The notes beneath the pieces are model-generated. The model was not told the DNA's origin. It worked only from the letters and a program-made list of their open reading frames with translations, and searched no databases. From NCBI GenBank assembly GCA_049999805.1, contig JBNGIO010005971.1:1-64000 (forward strand): a DNA stretch of 64,000 nucleotides, given 5' to 3'. Position 1 is the first letter of the stretch. The number at the start of each line of letters is the position of its first letter. Of this stretch, positions 11,364 through 23,552 are shown piece by piece. The stretch comes from Folioceros fuciformis. Its lineage: Eukaryota. Position numbers and translations under genes: made by a program.

Positions 11364-14300
11364 ATGGCGGAAAAGGTAATTGTACCAAAGATCTTGAGGG
11401 ATGCTTTGTGTTGTGGACCATTTGATATTAGTTTTATTTTGTGAATCATTTATTCTTATCTTTATCTTAGTAGGGAAATGTTAAAAAGTTTGAGAACTTT
11501 TCGAATGTGGAAAGAGTTCATGAAAATTATGGAGTAGTTCAATGTTACTTCTCGTTCCAGAATGACAAGAAGGAAGATATTCCATGGAGGAGATACTCAA
11601 TAATGGATTCTCCTACTAGACACTATTCTATTCATGGACCCGATGAAGAATGGAGACTCTTCTATAAGCAAGGAGGACCTCCAAGAAAGAAAAAAAAAGA
11701 ATATGTATCTATTGAAAAAGTGCTTGCAGACAAAGCATGGCTACAGAAGAAAGCCTCAAAAAGGATTTCAAGAGATTTGGAGCTTAGTGCAGCCATCAAG
11801 AGACAGGTTGTTATACTTTCTCAACTTGGTGCATTACAAACTTTGTTTAACATGTGGGTTCTTTAATAAGCCACTTTAATGTTTTCCATTAGATCTTGGA
11901 GGATATTCACTACATGCAAACAAGACTATTACCTACTCAAAACCCACGTTATTGCACTCACCCACCAAAGACTTTCAAGGTGCAAATGGTTGTACTTTTG
12001 TAAAATGATAGTAAGCTTACTCATTAGTTGGGCAGCTTAAAAAGTTCTCTAGTAACAAATCTTGTGTGCAATAGGCATTGAGACTTTTTCAACTAAAGAT
12101 CACAGATGCTGGAGCTATGAGCTATCTCCTTGTAGATCCTCACTTAATTCAATTCATAGGATATGGTAGTGTGCCAGAATTTCTGAATTCCTAGTATGCC
12201 AATCCCATCCATCTTCTGCATGAGATTGCAATCATAATCAATCGAACAACAAGAATGGTTCACTAATACTTTAATTGAATGACTACAGAAATCGGAAAAA
12301 GTTATGTTGCCCAACTTTTATTGCTGAACATGAGTCCTTGGAGCCAACGGCTAAGGTTTGATTTTGAAGCAGTGACATAGTTTCACTAATTTATATGAAT
12401 AGAGTCAGAATCAAATTTGTAGAGACAACTAAGCTTGATTTATTTGAATGCAGGATCATTAAACCTCAAAGCAAGTCCTACTCTATGGGTTCAGATGAAT
12501 TACCATTCCAGGGAAAGACATTGGGTCCAGGAACTACTTGTTCATTCTATGTAACATTCAATCCTCGTAGTACACATGAAGGTGAAGATTACATATATGT
12601 GAAGACAGAGATGGATAAGATACGAATCAGACTTGTTGCTCACCAGCCTTTACCTGCTGTGTTCAGTTTCCCAAAGAAAATTGACCTAGGAAAGTGTTTG
12701 GTTGGACATGTTGCTTCTCACACCTTTGCCATCACAGCTATGGGTGCTTGTGCAGCATTTCGCCTGCTCTTAGAATATCGTTCATCTTCTCCTCCAGCAC
12801 AGCAGTTAAATCCGGGAGTCGATATGATTTATGTATGTCACAACATACTACTGTTCCCTCCTTTCGTTGCTTATCCTTGTTCTCTAGAGTTAGAAGCTGA
12901 GGAGACTGGAAATATCATTGTGTTGTTCAGACCTTCTGTAGCTGGAAAGTTCAATCATGTATTGAAGCTTGTTACGGATAGTGGCATTGAATGGAGGACC
13001 ACTGTATGCGGTTGTGCAGTAGACATGGTAGTAGATTTTGCACATCTGGATAAACGCCCATTTCGACCTGGAGAACTGGAGCTTGGGTTGTGGATCGGGG
13101 AAGCTACTGTTTCCTCCAGCACTGAACGAGAGATCAGCGTGATCAACAAATGCAGTGTGAGTTTGAGATATTTCTGGAAGGTAATGAACATGCACCCCAA
13201 GGACAAAGACAGGAATTGGGAAAGTGATACCATGGCACACACATACGAGAAGGAGGTTTTCTCCATGATTCCAAGCAATGGGATCTTGCTGCCAGGTGCT
13301 GAAGGGGCAACTACAATGAAGTTTGCACCCGCGGATGTAGTGGTGTACAAATCTCGTGCAGCTTTGTATGTGGATACTCGACACTGCAGCTCCATTCATC
13401 TTGAAGATGCCTATCGTGAAGTGCTGGATGTTCTGAACCAGGTGGAAACAAAGCTTAAGCTGACGAATGGACATACCTCGTTAACCAATATGAAAATGAA
13501 TTACACCGAGAATTACACTGGCCTCCGCCTATGTGCCATGGAATCTGCCAGGGGTGGGATATTCAAGGTACTGGAGGTTGATCTGATGGGTTCAGGTTCA
13601 CCATTCCATGTGCAGCTGTTTCCATCGGTGTTGTGCTCAGCAGGACTGTTAATGTTGGGCAAATACCATCAGCACCAGGTTTGGATCAGAAATAACGGAA
13701 TGACACCCATTTCCTTTGAATGGGATGTGATATGCAGGAGCAGCCCTTATTCAAATCTTGTGCAAGTGTCTCCCATCAGGGGTACAATTGGGGCCGTGTC
13801 AAGCCTCAAGATCTGTCTGACAATCCGAGCACGAAAAATTGGTGAGCTACGACGGAGTCTCTGCTGTGCGCTCCGAGATCCTAAAGGACTGTGCTATACT
13901 CTATCCTTGGAGGTTCAGGGTTTTGTGGAAGGTCCCGTAGTGACCATCGACGAACCGGTGCTCGATTTTGGGATAATACAGGTCCGAAGAATACACTCTG
14001 CTGACCCATGAGGCTGTCCTTTGACATACTGTGATTCATTTTTGATGATGTAGGCAGACCAGGTCCTCCTATACGTAATCATTTGGGTTGGTTGCAGGTG
14101 GCCTGTTTTTTTGGATGATTTCGCAACATTCACGGGTCTGTGATATGGCTTGTACAGGTGAAGAGGCAGGGCTACCTGAAGTTGAATGTAACAAATCATG
14201 GTAGTGTTGCAGCAGCTTTTCAGCTGTCTTTCACACTTCCACCTCCAGCAACGGTCACCGATGCACCCTTGGCTTCTCCTGGGTTTTGTAACTTTGTGAA

Positions 14301-17300
14301 ACTAGACGAGACCAATGGTATCGCAGACGAGAAGTTTAGGTCTGTCAGACAGGAGTTGCTGATGAAGGCAGGGGATGCTTTGCAGATGGGGGCCACATTG
14401 TTGCCCCACTTTGATCCTATGGGAGGTGAACCGGTGGCTACTCAAATAGTGAAGCATGCTGCTGTCAGGCCTTCAGAGGAACAACCACTATCATTTGAGC
14501 CATGGTCTGGCTTGTTACCACCTCAGAAAACGACGACGGTGGATGCCATTTTCAAGCCTGTTGTGTGTGGCAACTATCTGGCTACGGTTAGGTGTGTTGT
14601 AGCAGGTGGGCTTTCTCCTAGCCAGCATGTTGTGGCCACTGCCCGGGTCTTGGCTCCCAGAGCTTGTATTGTTCCATCACGAGTGGAGACTGGAACCATC
14701 TATGTTGATGTCATTGTCTCGAAGACCATCATACTTCGAAACATGTCAGAGTTACCTGTTTTCTTCTGTTGGTCTCTGGATGGCATTGGGGATGTGAAAG
14801 CTATTGATGTCCGCATCATACCACAGAAAGGGGAAGTGCCTCCATTGGAGGACTTGCAAATAGAGGTGCGGATGAACCCAAACATCCAAGGAGAGATGCA
14901 ATATATTGCTAGTTGTGATATACAGGATATGGATACCTCGCCGATTGGAGTGGTTATCAGTGGTTACATTTGTGATGTGTGCTGCAACTACTTTGTGACG
15001 AGGTTACCCACCACCAAACATTTGCAAAGCTTTGAAAGACGACCTCGCTACGATGGCAAGAAGGGCTGGGACCAGCGAGGGTGGACACGAGAGGCAGCTA
15101 CCTCGCATGACTCCCGGGCAGTTTTGCCGATCCCGTGCCTTGATTATGGGCGAAGATGTCCTCTGGGTATGGTTCAGTCCTTGAGGTTGAGCATCAGCAA
15201 CGAATCCGCTGTTAAAAGTAAAGTGAGTATACATGTTGGGAAGTATAAAGTGAAGCAGATGGAAGAGCCATTTGCACCGGAGGAAGTGCTAGTCCTCTCA
15301 CACCTATCTGGCAGATTAGGGTCCTTTCCCACAACTGATGTGGAAATTCGAGGTGGGCTCAAGGGAAGGTTCAAGAAGAGTCCAATCATAGGAACGTTTG
15401 ATGACTTCCATCAAGCGTACGCATCCAGTTCTGGATGGACAATGCTTTCAAGGCGAGTGGAGCGGAGCTTACAGGAGAGCCTTGTGGAGGACGGTTGTGG
15501 GGTTTGTTTCTTGGTATATCCTGCTTGCAAAGGAGCACTGAAACCATGGGGAGATTGGACGTGTGACGTATTATGCTTCAGTGTCTTGCCAGGGTTTTAC
15601 TCTGATCATCTCCATAGCAAGGTGTGTTCCTCGCAGCCTTTAGAGCTCAAGATTTATTGAGGAGGTGTTGAACAGGTGTGAAGCTTACCAACTCTCTTCC
15701 AACAATTTTGTTTCCCGGACAGAATCACTCAGCTTCTTGATGAGTAGCTTTTGTGGTTGCTCCTTGACTACTGATTGTTCATCTGTATCTCTCCTAACCG
15801 GAGGTCCTCATTCGTAACTCTATTGTTCCAGGTTGGTCCCTTGGACGTCGTGAAGATCCCCATAGAAATCGAAATCGTAGGGACTCCTCTGGTGATGAGG
15901 AGGAACTCCCTCGAGCCTGGCAGACTTTTCCACACGACAGAACAACTTGGACTGACTCTCACGTGGACTGCTATGCCATCCGGTTACCCTGTTTCATCCA
16001 AAGAGTTTCTGGTGGCCAATGTTAGTGCTTACGACATGGAGGTCAGCTGGCAGTTAAGGACACCGGCAGCTTCCTGGGACCTGGCCCAGATCGACATGCA
16101 CACGCAAGAGGCGGAGGACAAGCTGCTGCACGTGATTTTGGACGACTACTTGGATCAGACGGATGGAACCGTTCGCGTGTGCCTCGAATGTCAGACAGTG
16201 GGAGACATGGCCTGCTTCGCAGAATCTCTGGACCACATCTGTAAAATGGATGACTACTCAGACAATGCATGGATCTCTGCCATTTTCAACTTTGTGCCTG
16301 CCACAAAGGTTCGAGTCGAATTGCGTGAGCACATCGAAGCTCAAGGAGGTGCAGGAAGGGTGCACGTCACCTTGGACGAGAGGTGTGCGGATGCTGACGC
16401 AAGCTGTCCTTTCGCCATTACTCCATGCAAGCAAGTAAGCAACACCATCTCTTCCTCACCAAGAACACCGCAGCACATGTTGCACATGCATTCCTGATGT
16501 CTCTTCGTGTGGGCTCCGTCTTGCCGGGAGCTCAGATTGTGCCCAGCAAAGGCGTGACCAGATTCACAGTCACTTTTTTCTCTGTGTTGGCCTCCGATTA
16601 CGCCACCGTGTTCGTGGGACAAAGCAGGTTCACAGGCACAGACGTGGAGCCTGAGACGTGTGCAGAGATTACAGATTCATCAAGCCAATGCTCAGGTTCA
16701 AGCGGTGTTCTCGTTCTCGCCGAAGAGGCAGATCCAAACCTGTATCCGCTGCCTCCCAAGGCATCAGCTACCAAGATAGATGATGCTCTTAGGGCCCGAA
16801 GACCCAGGCCATTGAGGGTGTTTGCAGGCGGCACCATACTCGTCCCAAGGTGAGCTGTTCCCTATCCCATCCACGTTCCTCTTTCTTTCCACGTTGAAAA
16901 GGAGCAAGTTCTGAGGCAAGCAGCGGTTCCCTCAGGTTGGTGACGAGCGTGGATGACAGCCTGCACTTCCAGTACCCCATGACAGGACCCAACGACGGCA
17001 ACCTGTACATGGTGTCAGCACTGCTTCTCACAAATCCATACCGCTGCAGCCTTGCCTTCACCGTCACTGCTACACCCCCGTTCCACATTATCGGACCTCT
17101 ACGAGCCGGCATTTTCCAGCCAGTGGAACACGGCGAGGCTATGCAGCTGCTGCCCGTTCTTAAGGACCAGACCAAGCTCCAGTCCCTTAAATTCAACCTG
17201 CGCGCTGGCCGCACGCTTCAGCTCATCATGCGTTTCGACATACCGGAAGTGCCTCTGCCTCCGCCCGAGCCCACCGTTCCAGAACCGGTCCCAGCACCCA

Positions 17301-19080
17301 GCACGACATCCGAGGTCCCGCCGGACAAGCTCGAGATGACAAAACGAAGTTGCAGACTGTCTACTGCCGTGTCAAGCCCACCACTCAATTCTGAGAGCAA
17401 CAAAGGGCCCCAGAAGACCTCCAAGACCTCCCCTCCTGCTCCCACGAAACTGGATGATAAGACATCAAGGCCTTCAGTTGTCCCCGAGCCCGAGAAGGCC
17501 GTGCCGCCCAGCACAGATCCCGGAGCTGTGATGGACATCAAGCCCAAGGTAATAATCTGACACAACATGTCATGCAAATGTAGACGCACATGCAGACGAG
17601 CACGCAAATGCGCATGCATGGCACACCAAACATCTAAACGCCAATGACGGGGGTGGTTGTGGTGATGGCAGCCCCCCCGCTCCAACAGCGTCCTGGATCT
17701 AAAGGATCTGCTCATCAAATTCTCGGACACCTACCAGCAGCTGGTTCCATTGTACGGGGAGCTGGTGTTCCCTGAGGTGCGACTGCTCAAAAGCACTCTG
17801 TGGAATCCGCCTCCCGAGTCACGGGCGGCAGCTCCTGAGGTGCCGGTAGCGGAGCCCGGAAAGGAGGTGAAGCCGGACGCGAAGGGGGCAGGCAAAGGCA
17901 AGCCTGACGCGAAAGAGGCAGGCAAAGGCAAGCCTGATCCAAAGGGAGCAGGCAAAGGCAAGCCTGACGCANNNNNNNNNNNNNNNNNNNNNNNNNNNNN
18001 NNNNNNNNNNNNNNNNNNNNNNNNNNNNNNNNNNNNNNNNNNNNNNNNNNNNNNNNNNNNNNNNNNNNNNNCAAGCCTGACGCAAAGGGGGCAGGCAAAG
18101 GCAAGCCTGACGCAAAGGGGGCAGGCAAAGGCAAGCCTGACGCAAAGGGGGCAGGCAAAGGCAAGCCTGACGCAAAGGAGGCAGGCAAAGACAAGTCCAA
18201 GGCAGGAAAAGCTTCCACACCGGCCACCCCACCAGCAGCAGCAGGCTCGAAGAAGGGCAACAAACCAGCTGCTGGTGCTGGTGCTTCAGAGGAGGAGGCA
18301 GCGGAAGCCACACCTGACTTGAGCCAACCCACGTGCTTACCAAATGCAGATGGTATCTGGGAACTCTGGTTCGGATCCGTCTCCCTTGAGATGTCTCAAA
18401 CGTTCGAGGTGAGCATCATCAACCCCACCATCGCCCACGCATTCTGGGAAATTGCCTTAGACGGAACCAAGGGAGAGCCTTCCCCCTGCCTCGACCCAGC
18501 GACTCCTCCTCCTCCGCCCCCGAAGAGACGACTCACTTTGACAGAGGTCAGTATGAGCAATATATCTCTTTTTTATCTTTTCTTTTCCATAAAATTCAAT
18601 ATCATAGACAATATATACATGTATGTATCTATGTATTGATTTTTGCCAAGATATCATAATAGTATAAAGATATATGTTTTTAAAAGAAAGAAAGAAAGAA
18701 AAATAATGCATGCTTAAGTTAAGAATTATCTTGTTGTTAATGTTTATTAGTAACAAACGTTTGAAAAACTTAGACCATTGTTTTTTTTCTTCTCTTTCAT
18801 AAATTTGTTGTTCAGAGGAAGATGCTGAGGAAACAATCTGTACATGGGCCCTACGAGCAATGGGAGATGCATATGAAAGTGGGGAAAAATCCTCATGTCA
18901 ATTTAAGGGAACTTCATGAAAGTTATAATATTGCACAAACTTTAGACAATGCAAATAGATATACCATGGATACCCAATGGCCATACAACTGGAGCAGGGC
19001 ATTCGAAAGAAACCCTAGAAAGTCTTCTCGTTTTTCAATGCTTGATCCCAATCAGGTTAGTCTCCACAATTGAGTGAGTT

Positions 19081-19116
<36 letters not shown>

Positions 19117-19488
19117 TAAAATTAAAAAAACATACGATTTCAGGGATATGGAGATGATGGAGATGGTTTGGATTGGGATGAAGAACAAATTTTTCTTATC
19201 AACATACAGAAGGGCATGATATGTGGTAGAGAGCTCTCACAAAAAGAGCCCAACAAGCAAAGTTTTCTAGTCACATTTTCTCCTAAAGAAACTATCAATT
19301 ACAGAGAGACATACCATTTACAAGTGTATAAAGGTCATGGCTTCAAAATAATCTTTGAGGGTGTTGGCATTCTTCCAATGCAACCAATAGATGAGGTTGT
19401 GATGAAGGAAGAAGAACTTGAACTTGTGGCAAAAGATACTAAGAAAGCTACCAAAGATTCTAAGAAACCTAAAACACCTAAGAAGTGA
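11364..19488 (+). CDS. DLEC1: DLEC1/CFAP81 (FAP81)-like axonemal central-apparatus protein, multi-exon
   Basis: Long exons of ASH/PapD-like beta-sandwich repeats: LGPGTTCSFYVTFNP..DYIYVKTE, IDLGKCLVG, PSNGILLPG, VLDFGII, FEPWSGLLPP. The C-terminus is VTFSPKETINY...FEGVG. GT-AG introns join track ORFs 12395, 14140, 15775, 16425, 16937, 17750, 18319, 18822 and 19168. The start codon is tentative. Confidence 0.8.
17868..18200 (+). repeat. Coding 30-bp minisatellite (KPDAKGAGKG)n spanning a 100-N gap (17972-18071)
   Basis: The unit GGCAAGCCTGACGCAAAGGGGGCAGGCAAA is repeated on both sides of the gap. Confidence 0.92.
19083..19113. repeat. (AAT)n microsatellite in a DLEC1 intron
   Basis: About 10 perfect AAT units. 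Confidence 0.9.
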
Positions 19489-20134
19489 AGTTTGTTGCAA
19501 AGTATGTCCAACTAACTATATAGGACTTCATGTTTATCCTAAGCGCATTAGAATGTATGTAAGTATCCTTACATGTAGCTAGTAAGAAATATACAAGAGT
19601 TAGTGAAAGGAACTCCTTCTATGATACCACGTATGACATCTAACAAATATATATTGTCAAAATTTACCACGAAGATGAGGAATTAAGGTTGTGGGTGTAG
19701 TATCATATTAAGTATCCAAAGGTGCACAAAAGTTCAAGTAAGAATGTTAAGATTGTTTCATTGTCATTTGAAGCTTGTGATATTAATATCTTATGAAGAA
19801 GAATGAGATGTTGTCACAAGTTTAGACTAATTTGATACCATGGCTAGTATGCACAGCTTAAGGATAGAATTGATTCAAGATGGTTGGTGGAACAACACAA
19901 TAAAAGAAGACATTCTATGTACTAACCCACAAATTTGTTTAGAGCACAGAGAAAAAAATGATCCAACAAATCGTTTCTTGTGCAGTATTCACTTCATACA
20001 AGTTGCAACCAAGTTTCAAATATGCAAACTTTGCAATGTCAAAACACAAATTTGTAGAAGTGCATATAAACTAAGAAACTCAATGCTTTTAAGGACATTG
20101 AAAAATGAATCATTAATAAAAAATATAATGTACA

Positions 20135-21277
20135 TCATTTTTTTTGGGGAGGTGTGGCAGCACCACCTGTAGTTGGAAGACCCACAAAAACCTTGAAAGC
20201 ATCATATATGCCCCATTGAGCTCCTGTTAGTGTACCAATCATGAGAATTCGTAAAGGGAGACCTCGTGTGAATAATCCCACAATCCCTATCTTGTTAATG
20301 GCTTCACCAACGGAAATACCCTTTTGGCTGTTAAGCATGGACACCAAGTTGTCTGCTGGATGTGAAATAATAGCACAAAGGATTCCTGCAATGTACCCAG
20401 CTGCAAAACTAACTGCTAGCTGGGTACCCTTAGAGCATTGTTCTTTGGGAGTGGGAACTACATTTTTGTACAAAAGCTCCACTGTGCCTTCAAAGCAACC
20501 AAACTTCATCATAGTGTAAGGAATTTGGCGTCCCCACAATGGTACCAAACCTTTGAAGAGACCACCATAGCCTTCAGAAGCAACAATTTTACTAAAGCCA
20601 TCAGAAAGTCCATTAGCAAATCCAGGTTTGGTTTGCACTCGAACTTTTATAGCTTCAAAAGGACACAATGCGATATCTGCAATGAACTCTGCTGATGCTG
20701 ATGCTGAAAGATAGACAAAAGTTTTGTGCTGCTTGAACACATCTGGTCCGACAATGTCTGCATACTTGATCTTAAAATACTCATAGAATCCAAATTTGCA
20801 AGCACCTTGTGAGCTGTAACCTAGAAGAGTAGGTACCCATCCTTTAAACAAGCCTTTCACTCCTTGATCCTTCAATATCAGCTTGAAACTACCAGGCACG
20901 CTCTTGAACTTTTTGGGATCAATTTGCATATTACATTTGACAATGTCTATTGGTGTAACTGCTAAGTGTGTAAGTCCACAACTTAGTACACCACCAGCTG
21001 CACAAGCAGCATAAAACTCAGATGAGCCTACAACAATCTTCCCCCCCTCGCTTGCAGCTGGAACCATGATTGTGCCACCGGCTCGATGGGTCTTCCTTGA
21101 GCTCATATATCCGGCTGCAATTCGAGCATACCTCTCAAGTCCTTTAACAGGGTGATGGCCATAAATATTATTTGTGGTGGACAAGATCATGAGATCAGCT
21201 GTGGAGTACGGCATTGTGCCTCGCGTATTGTACAGTTGAGAAGGCATCCATTTGTGGCGATGTCTCAAGGACTCCAT
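20135..21277 (-). CDS. MPT: Mitochondrial phosphate carrier (PHT3/MPT, SLC25A3 family), single exon
   Basis: 380-aa ORF with FYAACAAGGVLSCGLTHLAVTPIDIVKCNMQ, GYSSQGACKFGFYEYFK, CPFEAIKVRVQT, PLWGRQIPYTMMKF, SHPADNLVS and MIGTLTGAQWGIYDAFKV. Confidence 0.97.
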   Translation of the reverse strand: MESLRHRHKWMPSQLYNTRGTMPYSTADLMILSTTNNIYGHHPVKGLERYARIAAGYMSSRKTHRAGGTIMVPAASEGGKIVVGSSEFYAACAAGGVLSCGLTHLAVTPIDIVKCNMQIDPKKFKSVPGSFKLILKDQGVKGLFKGWVPTLLGYSSQGACKFGFYEYFKIKYADIVGPDVFKQHKTFVYLSASASAEFIADIALCPFEAIKVRVQTKPGFANGLSDGFSKIVASEGYGGLFKGLVPLWGRQIPYTMMKFGCFEGTVELLYKNVVPTPKEQCSKGTQLAVSFAAGYIAGILCAIISHPADNLVSMLNSQKGISVGEAINKIGIVGLFTRGLPLRILMIGTLTGAQWGIYDAFKVFVGLPTTGGAATPPQKK

Positions 21278-22328
21278 CTTGTACTGATCAGCATAAGTGA
21301 GTGAGCCGTGTGGAAGGACTTGAGACTCTTGAGCCCTAACCCAAAGGGTGGGCTTGTCCTCGCTCGGAACCGTGAGCCAAAGAAGTGTCGAAGCCCTAAA
21401 GTGAGTGATACTTCAACCGCCACTCCCGCCCGGCTCAACCGCCACTGCGAGGCATTAGTCTAACCAAAAAAAAATGGTTGGCCTCGTCGAGACAGCTAGG
21501 GCAGGGCAAGGCAGGGTGAGGGCTCTTGCTTATTTCACACACTTTTTTAGGAGGCTAGCAAGCCTGTGGAATTCAGAGAGCAGCGAGCGCTGTAGATTTC
21601 GTGGAGATTTGTGCCGCGAAGACTTTGCCAAAGGCGTGTTCATAGAGTGACGCCAACCTCAATCAGCTTGCAAGTGCAAGCAAATGTGAGGGCCAAGTTC
21701 CCATAACCTTACACCATTGCAAGCAACACCTGCAAATGACTGATCTTCGTGGTATGTAGTGAGTGGCGAATTCGCGGCTTGAAAGCAATGCATGCATTCA
21801 GAGATTGTTGCAAATGACTTTTGCAAATTTGCATGTCTCCATGCCCTTTTCGCAGGTTCACACATCTTCATCAAGACGGGGCCTTGTGTACGAGTCACAT
21901 GCATTTCAAACCCATGGCAAAGGAGTCACCAAGACGTTTGTCGGATGCTTTATGGCAAGCAAAATGTTGGACGAGCAGATGTAAAGTTTCCCATGAATTG
22001 CGTAATGACTGTATCATGGAGAAGAAATTGTGCATGTGCGATTCACACGTGGAGGTTTGCAACGCAGTGACCTGCGTGTAGAGTAGGTAGCTTGTAGATC
22101 TCTTGAGCCAGGGCTGATATCCAAAACTGATATGGCAAGTGTAGCGGTCAGTCATGATCAAGAGATACGCGCCGGCCGTGGCAGCCTGCTATGCTCAGAA
22201 TTATGCGCTGTGGCCTCGTCAAGGAGGACCGTGCCTGCTCGTGACAGAGCCTTAGGGATTGTGGTACCATTCGGTGTCAGCAGGAAATTGGCTTCAGAAC
22301 AGGCTACGGGCTTCTTCACCACAGAGAA

Positions 22329-23552
22329 ATGGCTCCTCCAGCGTCTGGGACGGATTTGGCACCATTCATGCTTCCCAACCAGCAGTACATCAAGAAGGAG
22401 TATGACAAGGAGAGCTTCCAACGCCGCTACTCCCTCCGCAAGGCCACAGAGAGCGCACTCCGCGAGAGCCAGATGATGGACGAGGTCCGCCGGAAGAGCA
22501 CAGAGCTGAAGGAAGCCAAGGCGCTGGAGGACGCGCTTAGGGAGAGCAGGCGGCCGAGCTCCACAGGCTTCCGCAAGTCCTACCGGCGCATCTCCATCGC
22601 GAAACCGATGCCGGGCCCCCGCGGCAGCCAGTTTCTTCAGGGCGTACTACACCCGGGGCCGGGCCCTAGGCAGAGTCGAGCTAGCCTGGCGTGCGAGTCC
22701 CTAGCAGCAACAGGAAGGCCTAGCGTGTTCGTGAACCAGGCAGGGCAGACATCGCCGGTGAACATGGTACCCTATCGACCATCCGGGTACATGGACATCC
22801 CGCGGCCGAGCATCAAGCCGCCCCCGCCTCAGGTGGACAATCTCAACCAGTCCTTGCCGTGGTCACGAGGAGGCTATGGCGCGGGCTTGTACGCTGGGCA
22901 GCTCATGCAAGGGCTGTTTGCCAAGGACTGGGAGCTGGGTGGGCACGCACACAACTTCTGCGGGATGTGCAGGGGCTCAACCTGCGATGACATCCCCAAG
23001 TACCACGAGCAGGAGCCCGGGCGGTTGGCTCGCCACAATGCCATCGTCGCGGCATTGACTGAATGGAACAAGCAACGGCAGCTGAAGGCGGACATGACGC
23101 ACCAGCTATGCCGTCTTCACTCCATAGCCAAGACGAGGCGCCAGTTCGAGTTGATGCGCAAGCATGTCAAGTACCCTCCGGGCACGCGTGGACTCGGGGA
23201 CCCGGCCCTCCTGGCGCTCCAGCCTATCCTCTTCCCCGAGTCATGGCGAGACGATCACATGCAGGCAGACCTTGGGAAGGTGAAGGTGGACATGCTAGGG
23301 CATGTGGACGTGGCTTGGCACCAGTTCGACTGCCCGAACTACATGTTTCCTTTGCTACCGTGCTCGCGGGCTCGACCTAACAAGCCGCCCGCTAGGCCCA
23401 AAGCTGACCTGCTGCTGGCCATGAAGCTCAACCCCACTGCCGACCCCATCCAACCCCCTGCGCCCGTCTCCGTCGACATCCTCGATCTCGACCACTTCGA
23501 CCGCCGTTTGGAGGCCCGAGCATCTGTCTCTGCCAAGTCCGCGAAGTTCTAA
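22329..23552 (+). CDS. Uncharacterised 407-aa single-exon protein
   Basis: Long ATG-initiated ORF with GC-rich third positions, a coiled-coil-like N-terminus and Arg/Ser/Pro-rich RxS motifs. No family recognised. Confidence 0.7.
   Translation: MAPPASGTDLAPFMLPNQQYIKKEYDKESFQRRYSLRKATESALRESQMMDEVRRKSTELKEAKALEDALRESRRPSSTGFRKSYRRISIAKPMPGPRGSQFLQGVLHPGPGPRQSRASLACESLAATGRPSVFVNQAGQTSPVNMVPYRPSGYMDIPRPSIKPPPPQVDNLNQSLPWSRGGYGAGLYAGQLMQGLFAKDWELGGHAHNFCGMCRGSTCDDIPKYHEQEPGRLARHNAIVAALTEWNKQRQLKADMTHQLCRLHSIAKTRRQFELMRKHVKYPPGTRGLGDPALLALQPILFPESWRDDHMQADLGKVKVDMLGHVDVAWHQFDCPNYMFPLLPCSRARPNKPPARPKADLLLAMKLNPTADPIQPPAPVSVDILDLDHFDRRLEARASVSAKSAKF

Noticed and set aside
17972-18071. Frameshift or pseudogenisation of DLEC1
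   Set aside because: The phase change coincides with an arbitrary 100-N assembly gap within a tandem repeat.
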